Shown piece by piece: positions 10,531-20,346 of a stretch of DNA of 64,000 nt. The stretch is from positions 2,592,001 to 2,656,000 of the forward strand of contig OZ245046.1 of NCBI GenBank assembly GCA_965224245.1, read 5' to 3'. Below the pieces are notes generated by a model. That model worked only from the letters and a program-made list of their open reading frames with translations. It was not told where the DNA came from and did no database searches. Position 1 is the first letter of the stretch. The number at the start of each line of letters is the position of its first letter. This stretch comes from Candidatus Eiseniibacteriota bacterium (GTDB lineage Bacteria; Eisenbacteria; RBG-16-71-46; CAZAMP01). The position numbers and the translations under genes were made by a program.

Positions 10531-12054
10531 TCAGCGGCGCGGATCCGCGGTCCGGCGCTCGAGCCGCCAGGCGCCGATGCCCCACTCCTCGAGCTCGACC
10601 GCCAGACCGTCGTCGAGGAGCGCGTCGCCGTCGACCGACGCGTCGTGATCGCCCAGCAGATCGTGCAGCGTCACCCGATGGCCGCGAAGCGGCATCAGAC
10701 GCATCCGGACACGGGCGGCAATGCGGCAGCCCGCGACGTTCGCGGCCACGACGACGTCGTCTCGGTGACGACACTCCCAGGCGAAGGCGAGGCAGTCGGC
10801 GTCGTCGGTCTCCAGCCAGCGGAACCGTCCATCGGCCATCGACGTGTCGCCGAGGACGGCCAGCAGGCGATCCAGGCGCGCGACCCGGTCGGGATCGGGG
10901 GTCGCGTTCGCCGGCCGTCCGAGCTGGACCGGAAGCCGCACGCGGCGGCCGTCGAACTGCCCCTCGTGAAACAGGCGCAGCCCGGGCAGCAGCGCGGACA
11001 GGCCGGTCGCCAGCTCCCAGCGCTCGGGTGGAAACGCGGTGACCGCCGGATCCTCGTCGTGGTTCTCGACGAAGTGCGCCGACCGCTCGAGGTATCGCTC
11101 CGAGCGGCCGGGCAACGTCCGAAGCCCGGCGGTGTCACCCGCGCGCAGAAGATCGTACAGGTGCTTGTCGTACGTGTAGTCGAAACCCTGCTCCAGGAGG
11201 CGTTCCTCGAGGCCCCAGTACACCTCGGCGATGAAGATGAACGTCCGGTGGACCGATCGGGCCTCGGCGACCGCGGCGGGCCAGAAGTCGCCGCGGTCGG
11301 GCGGCGGCTCCACCTCGGGCCAGGTCGTCCGGAACACGTCGGGCAGGATCAGCATCGCCATGTCGCACCGGACCCCGTCACAGAGCCCGGCCAGCATCCG
11401 TACCAGCGACAGCATCTCGGCCCGGAGCTCGGGCGAGGCCCAGTTCAGCTGGGCCGTGTCCGTCCAGCTCGGGAAGTGAGGGTCCTTCCCGAAGGCCACC
11501 GCCCTCGGGCCCCGGTCGGTCTCGGCGCGAAAGTAGCGCTCGGGGTCGCGGTCGGCCAGAACCGGGTCGCCCGACACGTATAAGTCGGGACGACGACGGA
11601 TCCAGGGGTGATCCCGCGCCGTATGGTTCGGTACGAGGTCCAGGACCAGGCCGAGGCCCCTCCGGGCCAGCCGCTCGCGGAACCGGGCCAGGGCGTCCCG
11701 ACCCCCGAGCCGAGGGGAGACGACGTAATCATGTACCGCGAAAGGGCTTCCGACGACATCCGCCGGCGTCCAGTCCGGAAGGGCGAGCGCGTACTCCGGC
11801 CACGCGACCCGGTTGTCGCGCGCCAGCGCCACGCCGAGCGGGCCCCTGGCCCACACGCCCATCAGCCACATCAGCTCGAAGCCCCGGTCCGCCCACGCGT
11901 CCAGCTCGGCGTCGGGGACGTCGTCCAGGGATCCGGCCGGCCGGCCGGCGTGATCGAGCCGCCCAAGCCACGTCGTGGCATTGACTTGGATCAATCGTGG
12001 ACCGCTCGTGCATTTCGAGGGGTGGTGGCGTGGGGATCCGGACGATGATTCCAC
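10531..12054 (-). CDS. Alpha-amylase family (GH13) glycoside hydrolase
   Basis: GSPFAVHDY, LDLVPNH, catalytic GVRCDMA / FIAEVYW / ENHDE; start uncertain. Confidence 0.85.
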   Translation of the reverse strand: MESSSGSPRHHPSKCTSGPRLIQVNATTWLGRLDHAGRPAGSLDDVPDAELDAWADRGFELMWLMGVWARGPLGVALARDNRVAWPEYALALPDWTPADVVGSPFAVHDYVVSPRLGGRDALARFRERLARRGLGLVLDLVPNHTARDHPWIRRRPDLYVSGDPVLADRDPERYFRAETDRGPRAVAFGKDPHFPSWTDTAQLNWASPELRAEMLSLVRMLAGLCDGVRCDMAMLILPDVFRTTWPEVEPPPDRGDFWPAAVAEARSVHRTFIFIAEVYWGLEERLLEQGFDYTYDKHLYDLLRAGDTAGLRTLPGRSERYLERSAHFVENHDEDPAVTAFPPERWELATGLSALLPGLRLFHEGQFDGRRVRLPVQLGRPANATPDPDRVARLDRLLAVLGDTSMADGRFRWLETDDADCLAFAWECRHRDDVVVAANVAGCRIAARVRMRLMPLRGHRVTLHDLLGDHDASVDGDALLDDGLAVELEEWGIGAWRLERRTADPRR

Positions 12055-12209
12055 GAGATGTGCTCGCCCGTGACGGCGCCGGAGCGCCGGTGAGGTCGAC
12101 GCGCGCGTCCGCGCGCGGCCGGGGAGCCCCCCCGGTCGGGGCAATCGCGGACCCTAGCACGGGAGCCCTCGGCCCGCCAGGGGGTGGGAGAATCTCCGGC
12201 CCGCAGCGG

Positions 12210-12239
12210 TTGACAGGCTTTCGAGTCGGTCCGTACTCT
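12210..12239 (+). promoter_or_regulatory. Candidate sigma70 promoter
   Basis: TTGACA-N18-TACTCT upstream of the 12284 CDS. Confidence 0.55.
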
Positions 12240-12283
12240 GCCGCGCGCAACGAACGAGGGGCCGCTTCGCGGCGGTCGAGATC

Positions 12284-13507
12284 ATGGAGCACCGCATGCC
12301 GAGCTGGATGCACGAACGACTGATCGGGCTTGCCCGCGCGTTCGCGCGATCGATGGGGATCGCGCGGCGTCGTGTCGTGCAACTCGTCGAACGCCCGCGA
12401 CCCGGCGTCGTCAGCCGACGCTCGGAGGTCGCGGGCGCCGCCGCCGCCCTCGTGGCGCTCGCCGTGCTCGCCTGGAGCTTCGCGTCGAGACCGGAGGTCG
12501 ACCGGGCACTCGACGCGATCGACCCCGGGGCCGCGCTCGAATCCTCTCGCGCCGCACGCCCGCACGCGACCCGGTCGTCCACGTCGGACGGTCGGATCGA
12601 TTCGGCTCGGCTGCGCCGATACGCGGTGGGGCCGGTGGGCTTCCAGGACGTCCCGGTCAGCGGCCTGGCTGCCCTGGCGCCGCTGGTTCGCTACGACGGA
12701 TACGACGCCGACCCGATCGCGCTGCCCAGCGTGGGCGCGAAGAACATGCCGCTCGGCCTCGAGGATCTCGACGTCGACGCGAAGAAGCGAGTCTTCGTCC
12801 GGACCGTGGTTCCGCTGATCGTGGCCGAGAACGAGCGAATCGCAGCCGACCGGACGCGGCTGCTGGCCATCCTGGACGGCGCCGCCGCGTCGACGCCGGC
12901 CGACGACGCGGACTGGCTCCTGATGCTGATGGCGGCTTACCGGCTGCGCGATCGCGGACCCGGTGACGGCGACTTCCTGCGGAACTCCCTCCTCCGACGC
13001 GTCGACCAGATTCCGGTCGCGCTCGCCCTGGCCCAGGCGGCCATCGAGTCGGCCTGGGGGACGTCGCGGTTCACGCTGGAGGGGAACGCGCTGTTCGGCG
13101 AGTGGACGTTCGATCCGAAGACGCCGGGGCTCGTGCCGGCCGGCCGTGAAGCCGGCGCCACGTACCGTGTCCGCGCGTTCCCGACGCTGCGGGAGTCGGT
13201 GCGGCACTACATGCGAAACCTCAACTGCGGCAGCGCCTACGCGGAGTTCCGGACCCGGCGCTGGCAGGCGCGGCAAGCCGGCCGGGAGGCCGATGCCGGG
13301 ATGCTCGCCCGGACCCTGACCCGCTACTCGGCGCGCGGCAGCGACTACGTCGACGAGCTCCGGATGATCATGACCACGAACCGGTTCGATCGGTTCGAGG
13401 ATGCGTCGCTGGATCCTCTGGATCTGGATCTGGTAGCCGAGCTGGTCGCGCTCGCGTCCATGGATGCCGGAACGGCCGAGTCCCTGCTGGCGTTCCTGGC
13501 CGAGTGA
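12284..13507 (+). CDS. Bax-like glucosaminidase-domain (GH73-like) membrane-anchored protein
   Basis: N-terminal TM helix; KKRVFVRTVVPLI, LAQAAIESAWGTSRF, GNALFGEW, YMRNLN, YSARG motifs typical of Bax proteins. Confidence 0.8.
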   Translation: MEHRMPSWMHERLIGLARAFARSMGIARRRVVQLVERPRPGVVSRRSEVAGAAAALVALAVLAWSFASRPEVDRALDAIDPGAALESSRAARPHATRSSTSDGRIDSARLRRYAVGPVGFQDVPVSGLAALAPLVRYDGYDADPIALPSVGAKNMPLGLEDLDVDAKKRVFVRTVVPLIVAENERIAADRTRLLAILDGAAASTPADDADWLLMLMAAYRLRDRGPGDGDFLRNSLLRRVDQIPVALALAQAAIESAWGTSRFTLEGNALFGEWTFDPKTPGLVPAGREAGATYRVRAFPTLRESVRHYMRNLNCGSAYAEFRTRRWQARQAGREADAGMLARTLTRYSARGSDYVDELRMIMTTNRFDRFEDASLDPLDLDLVAELVALASMDAGTAESLLAFLAE

Positions 13508-13573
13508 TCCGCGCGGCGGCACCCCCGCCCGCCGTGATACCCGAACGCTCTCGGAGCCGATCGGAGGCCCGGC

Positions 13574-14683
13574 GTGCGTCGACTTTCACCGCCCGTCCTG
13601 CTGGCGGCCGCGTTCGCCCTGGCGAGCCCGATCGCCCGGCCGGCAGAGGGTTCCTCGCCTCCACCCGAGCCCAGCACGGGCTACACGACGATTCTCCTCT
13701 ATCACAAGTTCGACGAGCCCGAGCATCCGACGACCAACGTCTCGACGGACGCGCTTCGTGCCCAGCTCACCTACCTGCTCACCAGCGGCTACCGCATCCT
13801 GGAGATGCCGGAGTTCGAGGCGCTCCTGGAGTCGGGGGGCCCGTTTCCGGAGAAGAGCGTCCTGATCACGATCGACGATCCCTACCGATCGATCTACGCG
13901 CACGCGTGGCCCGTCTTCCGGGAGCTCGGCGTGCCCTTCACGTTGTTCGTGTGGACCGACGGTGTGGAGCGACGCTTTCGCGATCTGATGACGTGGGCCG
14001 AGATCGACTCCCTGGTGGCGGGCGGCGTCACGATCGGCAACCACACGCACACGCATCCGCACCTCGGGACCCCCCAGCCGGGAGAGTCCCGCGAGGGCTA
14101 CCGGAGCCGTGTGCGCGACGAGATCGAGACGAGCCAGCGCCTCCTCCGCGCACACGGCCACGACAGCGACCGCTTCGCCTACCCGTACGGGGAGTACAAC
14201 CACGACGTGATCGACGTCGCGCGATCGCTCGGGTACCGCCACCTCTACACCCAGGACCGGGGTTCGGTGGGACCGGATACGCCGATCGCGCGCATCCCGC
14301 GCGAGGCCATCGTCGGCCTGTCGGACGATCTGGACGCGTTCGTGGCGGCGCTGCGTCTGACCCCGCTCGAGCTGGCCGACGCCGACCCCGACGTCGGGTT
14401 CCTTCGCGAGAACCCACCGCCGCGAATCCGTTTTCGCATCCCGGACCCTGAGCGGTACGCGCCGGTGGTGAACGTCTTCGTCTCGGAGCTCGGCCGGGTG
14501 GATGCGCAGTACGATGCATCCACCGGGATCGGCTCGGTCGTGCTGGCCGCGCCCCTGTCTCGCCCGTTCAATCGAATCAACGTGTCGATCCAGGAGCGGC
14601 GGACCGGCCTGTTCGCGCTGTCCTCGAGGATGATCTTCCGGCCGTTCGCGGAGCTGACGGCACCGGCGGACCCCGACCGCTGA
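13574..14683 (+). CDS. Secreted polysaccharide deacetylase (CE4)
   Basis: Signal peptide; LLYHKF, ITIDD, GNHTHTH, FAYPYG motifs. Confidence 0.88.
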   Translation: MRRLSPPVLLAAAFALASPIARPAEGSSPPPEPSTGYTTILLYHKFDEPEHPTTNVSTDALRAQLTYLLTSGYRILEMPEFEALLESGGPFPEKSVLITIDDPYRSIYAHAWPVFRELGVPFTLFVWTDGVERRFRDLMTWAEIDSLVAGGVTIGNHTHTHPHLGTPQPGESREGYRSRVRDEIETSQRLLRAHGHDSDRFAYPYGEYNHDVIDVARSLGYRHLYTQDRGSVGPDTPIARIPREAIVGLSDDLDAFVAALRLTPLELADADPDVGFLRENPPPRIRFRIPDPERYAPVVNVFVSELGRVDAQYDASTGIGSVVLAAPLSRPFNRINVSIQERRTGLFALSSRMIFRPFAELTAPADPDR

Positions 14684-14724
14684 GCGCGGGCCCCGGTCAG
14701 GCGTCCGCCCCGGTCCGGCGGCGT

Positions 14725-14780
14725 TCGAGGTCAGGCGACGGTCGGGATCAGGCCCCGGTCGAGATCAGGTCGAGGTCAGG
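14725..14780. repeat. Four copies of the 11-bp unit TCGRGRTCAGG
   Basis: Copies start at 14725, 14742, 14759 and 14770, between convergent genes. Confidence 0.7.
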
Positions 14781-15771
14781 CGGCCTCGCGGTCGCGGCCG
14801 CGCGCGTCGTCCCGGGACCGCTCTCGGGCACCCTCGGCGATCGCCCGGTTGGGGACGCGCGCCGGGTCACCCACCACGACCCGGTTTCGCCCGGCGGCCT
14901 TCGCCTCGTACAGCGCCGCGTCGGCGATCGCGAGGAGACGATCCACCGTCAGGTGCTCGTCGGTTCCGGCGGAGCTGACCCCCACCGAGACGGTGGCGGT
15001 CACCGTGGCTCCGGTGGGCAGCACGAACGGAACGTCCGAGATCGAGGCCCGCACTCTTTCGGCAATGGCGCAGCCGGCGTCGAGCGGCAGGTCGGGAAGC
15101 ACGACGATGAACTCCTCGCCTCCCACGCGCCCGAACACGTCGTACTCACGAAGCTGAACCGCGACGCGCTCGGCGAACTCGCGGAGAACCGCATCGCCGG
15201 ACGCGTGACCGTGGGTGTCGTTCAGACGCTTGAAGTGATCGACGTCCAGCATGACCACCGTGAGCTCGCGGCCTTCCCGCTCGGCGCGGGCCAGCGACTG
15301 CTGGAGCCGCGAGAGCGCCGCGCGCCGATTGCTGATGCCGGTCAGCTCGTCGGTGGCGGCCATGATCTCCAGACGCTCGCGCGCGTCCCGGAGCTGCTGC
15401 TCGAGGGTGACGATTCGCGCACCGGCCGTGACGCGCGCGCGAAGCTCGTCACGATCGAAGGGCTTGGTCAGGTAGTCGTCCGCCCCGGAGCTGAACCCCT
15501 CGAGGATCTCCTCCTTCTCGTCCTTGGACGTCAGGAGGATCGTGTAGACGTAGTAGGGAAGCGTGCCGGCCCGGATCTTCTTGCACAGGTCCACGCCGGT
15601 CAACTCGGGCATCGCCCAGTCCGAGACCAGCATGCGGGCGCCGCTGGCCCGAAGCGCGTCCCACGCGGTGGCGCCGTCCTCGGCCTCGAGCACCTCGTAG
15701 CCCCACTTGGCCAGGATGCGACGCAGCATCATCCGCGCGAGGGGGTCGTCCTCGGCGACCACGACCCGCAT
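14776..15771 (-). CDS. Response-regulator diguanylate cyclase (REC + GGEEF)
   Basis: REC (VAEDD, SDWAMP, YLTKP); TDELTG, DVDHFK, RxxD I-site (REYD), GGEEF, ADAALYEAK. Confidence 0.93.
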   Translation of the reverse strand: MRVVVAEDDPLARMMLRRILAKWGYEVLEAEDGATAWDALRASGARMLVSDWAMPELTGVDLCKKIRAGTLPYYVYTILLTSKDEKEEILEGFSSGADDYLTKPFDRDELRARVTAGARIVTLEQQLRDARERLEIMAATDELTGISNRRAALSRLQQSLARAEREGRELTVVMLDVDHFKRLNDTHGHASGDAVLREFAERVAVQLREYDVFGRVGGEEFIVVLPDLPLDAGCAIAERVRASISDVPFVLPTGATVTATVSVGVSSAGTDEHLTVDRLLAIADAALYEAKAAGRNRVVVGDPARVPNRAIAEGARERSRDDARGRDREAA

Positions 15772-16090
15772 CGCCTCCACGTCACGATGGGAAGCCACGA
15801 TGCTGCGCTCCTGACCCGCCACGCGTCCAAATGCCGTTCAGGCCGGCGCCGAACCCGCGTTGCGCCGATGTATCGTCCATCTCTCATCCTTCGGCGTTCG
15901 CGGCCGGGGCACGAGCATGGACCGGTAAACCGGTGCCCGATCGGTCGAAAGCGTGCGATCCGGGCGCTCCCGGATCTCCGGCCGAACGCCCGCCGGGGGA
16001 ATCGGACTTGAACAACCGGGCTCCGCGTGGAAAGATGGGGGGGCTACGAACCCGGTCACGAATCGATAACCCCAACTCCATGCATACATT

Positions 16091-17221
16091 ATGACTCACG
16101 AAAACGACGCCCTCGCGACGGAACCCGTCATCCCCATCGACATCGATCGGTCGGTCCGCGTCGACGATGCCCGCCGGCGCGACGTGCTGTCCCGGGAGCT
16201 GGGTTTCGGCCGGTACTTCACCGACCGGATGTTCACGGTGCGCTGGAACGAGGACCGTGGATGGCACGGCGCGACCATCGGGCCGTTCGAGAACCTCACG
16301 CTGTCCCCGGCAGCCGCCGTCCTCCACTACGGCCAGGCCATCTTCGAGGGACAGAAGGCGTACCGCCGGGTCGACGGCGAGATCGGCCTGTTTCGGCCGC
16401 GCATGAACGCCCGGCGCATGCAGGCGTCCGCGCAGCGCATGGTGATGCCGCCGATCCCGGAGGACCTCTTCATGGACGCCCTCGAGACGTTGATCGATCT
16501 CGAGCGGGAGTGGACCCCGCGCGGCGACCACGAGGCGCTCTACATCCGGCCGTTCTCGATCGCGACCGAGCCGCTCCAGGGCGTCCGCCCGGCGAAGCAG
16601 TACCTGTTCGCGATCATCCTGAGCCCGGTCGGCGCCTACTACGCATCGGGGTTCAAGCCGGTCCGGATCCTCGTGTCCGAGGATCTCGTCCGCGCGGCCG
16701 TCGGAGGCACCGGCGAGGCCAAGGCAGCGGGCAACTACGCCGCGAGCCTCTTGGCCGGCGAGCGCGCGCGAGCGGCCGGCTGTGCACAGGTGCTTTGGCT
16801 CGACGCCGCCGAGAAGAAGTACGTCGAGGAGATCGGGGCGATGAACGTCATGTTCGTCATCGACGGCACGCTCGTGACCGCGCCGCTCCACGGGAGCATC
16901 CTCCCCGGGGTCACACGCGACTCGATCATGCACATCGCGCGCACCGAGAGGATGCCCGTCGAGGAGCGGGCGATCAGCATCGACGAGGTGGTCACCGCCA
17001 TCGCCAGCGGGCGCTGCACCGAGGCGTTCGGATGCGGGACGGCCGCCGTGATCACGTCCATCGGGTCGTTCCTGTACGACGATCGAGAGCACCCGCTGCC
17101 CGATCCCCCCGGACCGGTCGCGAGGCGGATGTTCGAGACGATCACCGACATGCAGTGGGGTCGCCGCCCGGACCCGTACGGGTGGATTCACATCATCCCC
17201 CGGCGCTCCGACGAGAGCTAG
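16091..17221 (+). CDS. ilvE: Branched-chain amino acid aminotransferase
   Basis: GFGRYFTDRM, LHYGQAIFEG, LYIRP, GGTGEAKAAGNYAASL, ILPGVTR, FGCGTAAVI. Confidence 0.95.
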   Translation: MTHENDALATEPVIPIDIDRSVRVDDARRRDVLSRELGFGRYFTDRMFTVRWNEDRGWHGATIGPFENLTLSPAAAVLHYGQAIFEGQKAYRRVDGEIGLFRPRMNARRMQASAQRMVMPPIPEDLFMDALETLIDLEREWTPRGDHEALYIRPFSIATEPLQGVRPAKQYLFAIILSPVGAYYASGFKPVRILVSEDLVRAAVGGTGEAKAAGNYAASLLAGERARAAGCAQVLWLDAAEKKYVEEIGAMNVMFVIDGTLVTAPLHGSILPGVTRDSIMHIARTERMPVEERAISIDEVVTAIASGRCTEAFGCGTAAVITSIGSFLYDDREHPLPDPPGPVARRMFETITDMQWGRRPDPYGWIHIIPRRSDES

Positions 17222-17251
17222 GGACCTCTCCCACCGCGTGCGGGGAAGCCG

Positions 17252-18118
17252 TTGAACGCTCCGAATCGATCGAGAGCGACATTGTGCCCGTCGTGTCGAA
17301 CCCTCATCGCCGCCGACACGACGCGTTGCCCGAACTGCCATGCCCCGCTGGCCGGCCCGGTGGGTCGGTTGACCCCGATGCGGTTCTTCGGGGATCACCT
17401 CGACGTGGTCAGTGCGATCCCGATCACGTGCATCGTGCTGTTCCTGTTCTGCATCGCGCGCGAGCCGCGCGCCGCGTTCGAGGGCAACGTCGGCATCTTC
17501 GACTTTCTCTCGCCGAGCACCCGCGCGCTGGTGAAGATGGGCATGACCGGCACCGCGGCCTGGTTCTCCGGGGGCCGCGTGGAGGTGTACCGCGGCGAGT
17601 GGTGGACGGTCTTCACCGCGATCTTCCTCCACGGCAGCCTGATCCACATCTTCTTCAACGTGATGTGGATCCGGAGCCTCGGCCCCGCCGTGGCCGAAGC
17701 CTATGGGCAGGCCCGCTACTTCATCCTGTTCATCGCGTCGGGCGCCGTCGGGTTCATCGTGTCCAACGCCGCGTCGGGCGGCGCCACGGTGGGGGCGTCC
17801 GGTTCGATCTTCGGACTCCTGGCCGCGATGATCGTTGCCCACCGGCGCTCGGGCACGCTGCACGGACGGCTCGCCTCGCGGCAGCTCTGGCAGTGGGCGA
17901 TCGCGCTGTTCGTGCTCGGCTTCCTGATGTCGCGCGTGAACAACTGGGCGCACGGCGGGGGCTTTCTGGCCGGCTGGCTCGTGGCCACGCTGATGACCCG
18001 GGACGGTCTGCGCGTCGAGCGCGGCTACACCGTGATCGCGGCGCTCGTGCTTCTGGGGTTCACGCTGTTCGGTTTCGCGAACGTGGCGCTGGGCCTGGTT
18101 CGAGACCTGACGCGCTGA
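17252..18118 (+). CDS. Rhomboid intramembrane serine protease with N-terminal zinc ribbon
   Basis: CPSC...CPNC; FLHGSLIHIFFN, catalytic GASG and AHGGG. Confidence 0.9.
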   Translation: MNAPNRSRATLCPSCRTLIAADTTRCPNCHAPLAGPVGRLTPMRFFGDHLDVVSAIPITCIVLFLFCIAREPRAAFEGNVGIFDFLSPSTRALVKMGMTGTAAWFSGGRVEVYRGEWWTVFTAIFLHGSLIHIFFNVMWIRSLGPAVAEAYGQARYFILFIASGAVGFIVSNAASGGATVGASGSIFGLLAAMIVAHRRSGTLHGRLASRQLWQWAIALFVLGFLMSRVNNWAHGGGFLAGWLVATLMTRDGLRVERGYTVIAALVLLGFTLFGFANVALGLVRDLTR

Positions 18119-18134
18119 CCGACCGGGTCAGCGC
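18112..18134. terminator. Hairpin between convergent genes
   Basis: GCGCTGACC-N5-GGTCAGCGC, with both stop codons in the stem; no U-tract. Confidence 0.4.
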
Positions 18135-19288
18135 CCTCCCCCGCTCGAGAGGCGACCGATCTCGCTCGCGATGAGCGCCGCCGCCTCGCTCACCTCCTCG
18201 CGTGTCGTCGCGCGACCCACCGACAGACGGACCGTCCCCGCCGCCAGACCGGCGTCGACTCCCATCGCCGTGAGCACCGGCGAGACGGACACCCGGTCCG
18301 CGTGACAGGCCGAGCCCGCGGACACCGCCAGGCGATCTCCCAGCACCGCGACCAGCGCGTGCGATGCGACGCCGGGAAACGCGACGCTGAGCGTGTTCGG
18401 CAGCCGCTCCTCGGGGGCGTCCGGACCGTGGCGGACGATCCCCTGAATGCGCGCGCCCAGCTCGTGCCACAGGGTGTCGGTGAGGTCGCCGAGACGCGTC
18501 ACGTCCGCGTCGAGGCACCCGGCCGCTCGCTCGGCGGCGGCGCCGAGTCCGACGATCTCGAGCACGTTCTCGGTTCCCGCGCGACGGCCGCCCTCGTGAC
18601 CGGCTCCCAGCATGAACGGCTCGAACGGCGCCCCCGGCCGGACGTACAGCGCCCCCACGCCCTGCGGCGCGTAGAGCTTGTGGCCGGCGATCGACAGGTA
18701 GTCGACGCCGAGCGCGTCCACGTCGATCGGGATCTTGCCCGGCGCCTGTGCGGCGTCGGTGTGCACCCTCACCCCGCGCTCGCGGGCGACGGCCGCGATC
18801 TCGACGATCGGCTGGAGCGTCCCCACCTCGTTCTGGGCGAGCATGATCGTGACGAGCGTCGTCTCGGGGCGGATCGCCCGGGCCACGGCGGCCGGATCCA
18901 CGCGGCCCGACCGGTCCACCGGCAGCACGGTGACCGCGACACCCCGCGCCCGGAGCCGCGCACAGGGCTCGAGCGTGGCCGGATGCTCCACCGCCGACGT
19001 GATCACGTGCACGCCGGCGGGGTCCACGCCCGGCGAGAGCACACCGCGGATGACGGTGTTGTTCGACTCGGTGCCGCCGCTGGTGAAGATACACGCGTCG
19101 GGTGGGGCGCCGATGAGGTCGGCCAGCTGCCGACGCGCCCTGTCCACCGCCTCGCGACCGACGCGGCCGAACACGTGACCCGAGGACGGGTTGCCGACGT
19201 GCTGTGCCATGACGGTGCGCATCGCGTCGGCCACCGCGGGGTCCAGCGGCGTGGTGGCGTTGTAGTCGAGATAGATCGGCGTCGCCAT
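18128..19288 (-). CDS. Group I cysteine desulfurase (IscS/NifS-like)
   Basis: YLDYNATTP, FTSGGTESNN, HTDAAQ, AGHKLYAP, RAGTEN, catalytic SAGSAC. Confidence 0.92.
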   Translation of the reverse strand: MATPIYLDYNATTPLDPAVADAMRTVMAQHVGNPSSGHVFGRVGREAVDRARRQLADLIGAPPDACIFTSGGTESNNTVIRGVLSPGVDPAGVHVITSAVEHPATLEPCARLRARGVAVTVLPVDRSGRVDPAAVARAIRPETTLVTIMLAQNEVGTLQPIVEIAAVARERGVRVHTDAAQAPGKIPIDVDALGVDYLSIAGHKLYAPQGVGALYVRPGAPFEPFMLGAGHEGGRRAGTENVLEIVGLGAAAERAAGCLDADVTRLGDLTDTLWHELGARIQGIVRHGPDAPEERLPNTLSVAFPGVASHALVAVLGDRLAVSAGSACHADRVSVSPVLTAMGVDAGLAAGTVRLSVGRATTREEVSEAAALIASEIGRLSSGGGR

Positions 19289-19296
19289 CGGTGTCG

Positions 19297-20307
19297 TCAG
19301 ACGTTGAAGCGGACGTTGATGATGTCGCCGTCCTCGACCACGTAGTCCTTGCCCTCGAGGCGAAGGACCCCGGCGTCGCGGCACGCCTTGAGCGTGCCGT
19401 GCTCCAGGAACGCGTCGTAGGAGACCGTCTCGGCCCGGATGAAGCCACGCTCGAGGTCGGAGTGGATGACGCCGGCCGCGCGCCGGGCGACCGAGCCTTT
19501 CTTGATGGGCCACGCACGCACCTCGTCCTCGCCCACCGTGAAGAAGCTGACGAGGCCCATCTGACGGAAGATCGCCTGGGTGACGACCTCGGCCGCGGTG
19601 CCCGGCAGGCCCATCGCCTGCGCGAACTCGAGCTGCTCCTCGGCACTCAGCTCGGCCACCTCCCGGGCTTCGGAGACCGGGAACGCGACCACCTGACGGC
19701 CGTCGGCCAGCGTCTCGATCTCGGCAACGTCGGCGTCCCCGTCGGCGGAGGTGTTCACGAGAACGACCTGGGGGACGAGGGTCCGGAACGCGTAGCCGCG
19801 GAGCTGCTCCAGCGCGGCCTCGTCGAGGTCGGCGTTGCGGAGCGGGATCTCGTCCTCCAGAAGCGCCTGGCACCGCTCCAGCGTCTTCTTCACGATCTCG
19901 CCCAGCGGCTGCTTTCTGGCGCGCTCGAAGACACGCTCGATCGCCGTGAGGTCCGCCAGCACGAGCTCCTGGTCCAGGAGCGACAGGTCGGCGGCGGGCG
20001 TGGTCTCGGCGCCGAGCATGGGGTTGTCGAACGCGCGCACGACGTGCAGGAATACCTCGGCCCCGGTGAGGCCGTCGATGTAGCGCGCCATCTGACCGCG
20101 CCGCCCCTCTCCGGGCGTCCACTCGGCCTCACGGCATCGCACCTCGGCGAACGTCGTCTTCCGGGGCCGGAAGATCTCCGAGAGCGCGAGCACGCGCCGG
20201 TCGACAACCTTGACCGCGGCCACCCCGCTGTGCGCGCGGCCCTCGCTCAACGCGTCGAGAAGCGTCGTCTTGCCGCAGCCGGGTCGTCCGATGATCTTGG
20301 CTTCCAC
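19297..20307 (-). CDS. YchF/Obg-family protein (DUF933/TGS C-terminus) with degenerate G motifs
   Basis: P-loop GRPGCGKT; HVVRAF; FFTVGEDEVRAW, AAGVIHSDLERGFIRAE, LEGKDYVVEDGD. Confidence 0.85.
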   Translation of the reverse strand: MEAKIIGRPGCGKTTLLDALSEGRAHSGVAAVKVVDRRVLALSEIFRPRKTTFAEVRCREAEWTPGEGRRGQMARYIDGLTGAEVFLHVVRAFDNPMLGAETTPAADLSLLDQELVLADLTAIERVFERARKQPLGEIVKKTLERCQALLEDEIPLRNADLDEAALEQLRGYAFRTLVPQVVLVNTSADGDADVAEIETLADGRQVVAFPVSEAREVAELSAEEQLEFAQAMGLPGTAAEVVTQAIFRQMGLVSFFTVGEDEVRAWPIKKGSVARRAAGVIHSDLERGFIRAETVSYDAFLEHGTLKACRDAGVLRLEGKDYVVEDGDIINVRFNV

Positions 20308-20346
20308 CTGTGAGACCTCGCGGTGCGTGACGGGGAGCGGGACCGC

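Noticed and set aside
14725..14780. Possible mini CRISPR array
   Set aside because: Units are 11 bp with 0-6 bp spacers, and there are no cas genes.
18128..19288. Fe-S assembly or selenium-utilisation cluster around the desulfurase
   Set aside because: No iscU, suf, sel or thiI/mnmA neighbours, and no in-frame TGA with a SECIS-like element was seen.
18128..20122. 664-aa ORF suggesting an N-terminally extended or fused cysteine desulfurase
   Set aside because: The extension is an alternate frame of the ychF-like gene; the real protein starts at MATPIYLDYNA (19288).
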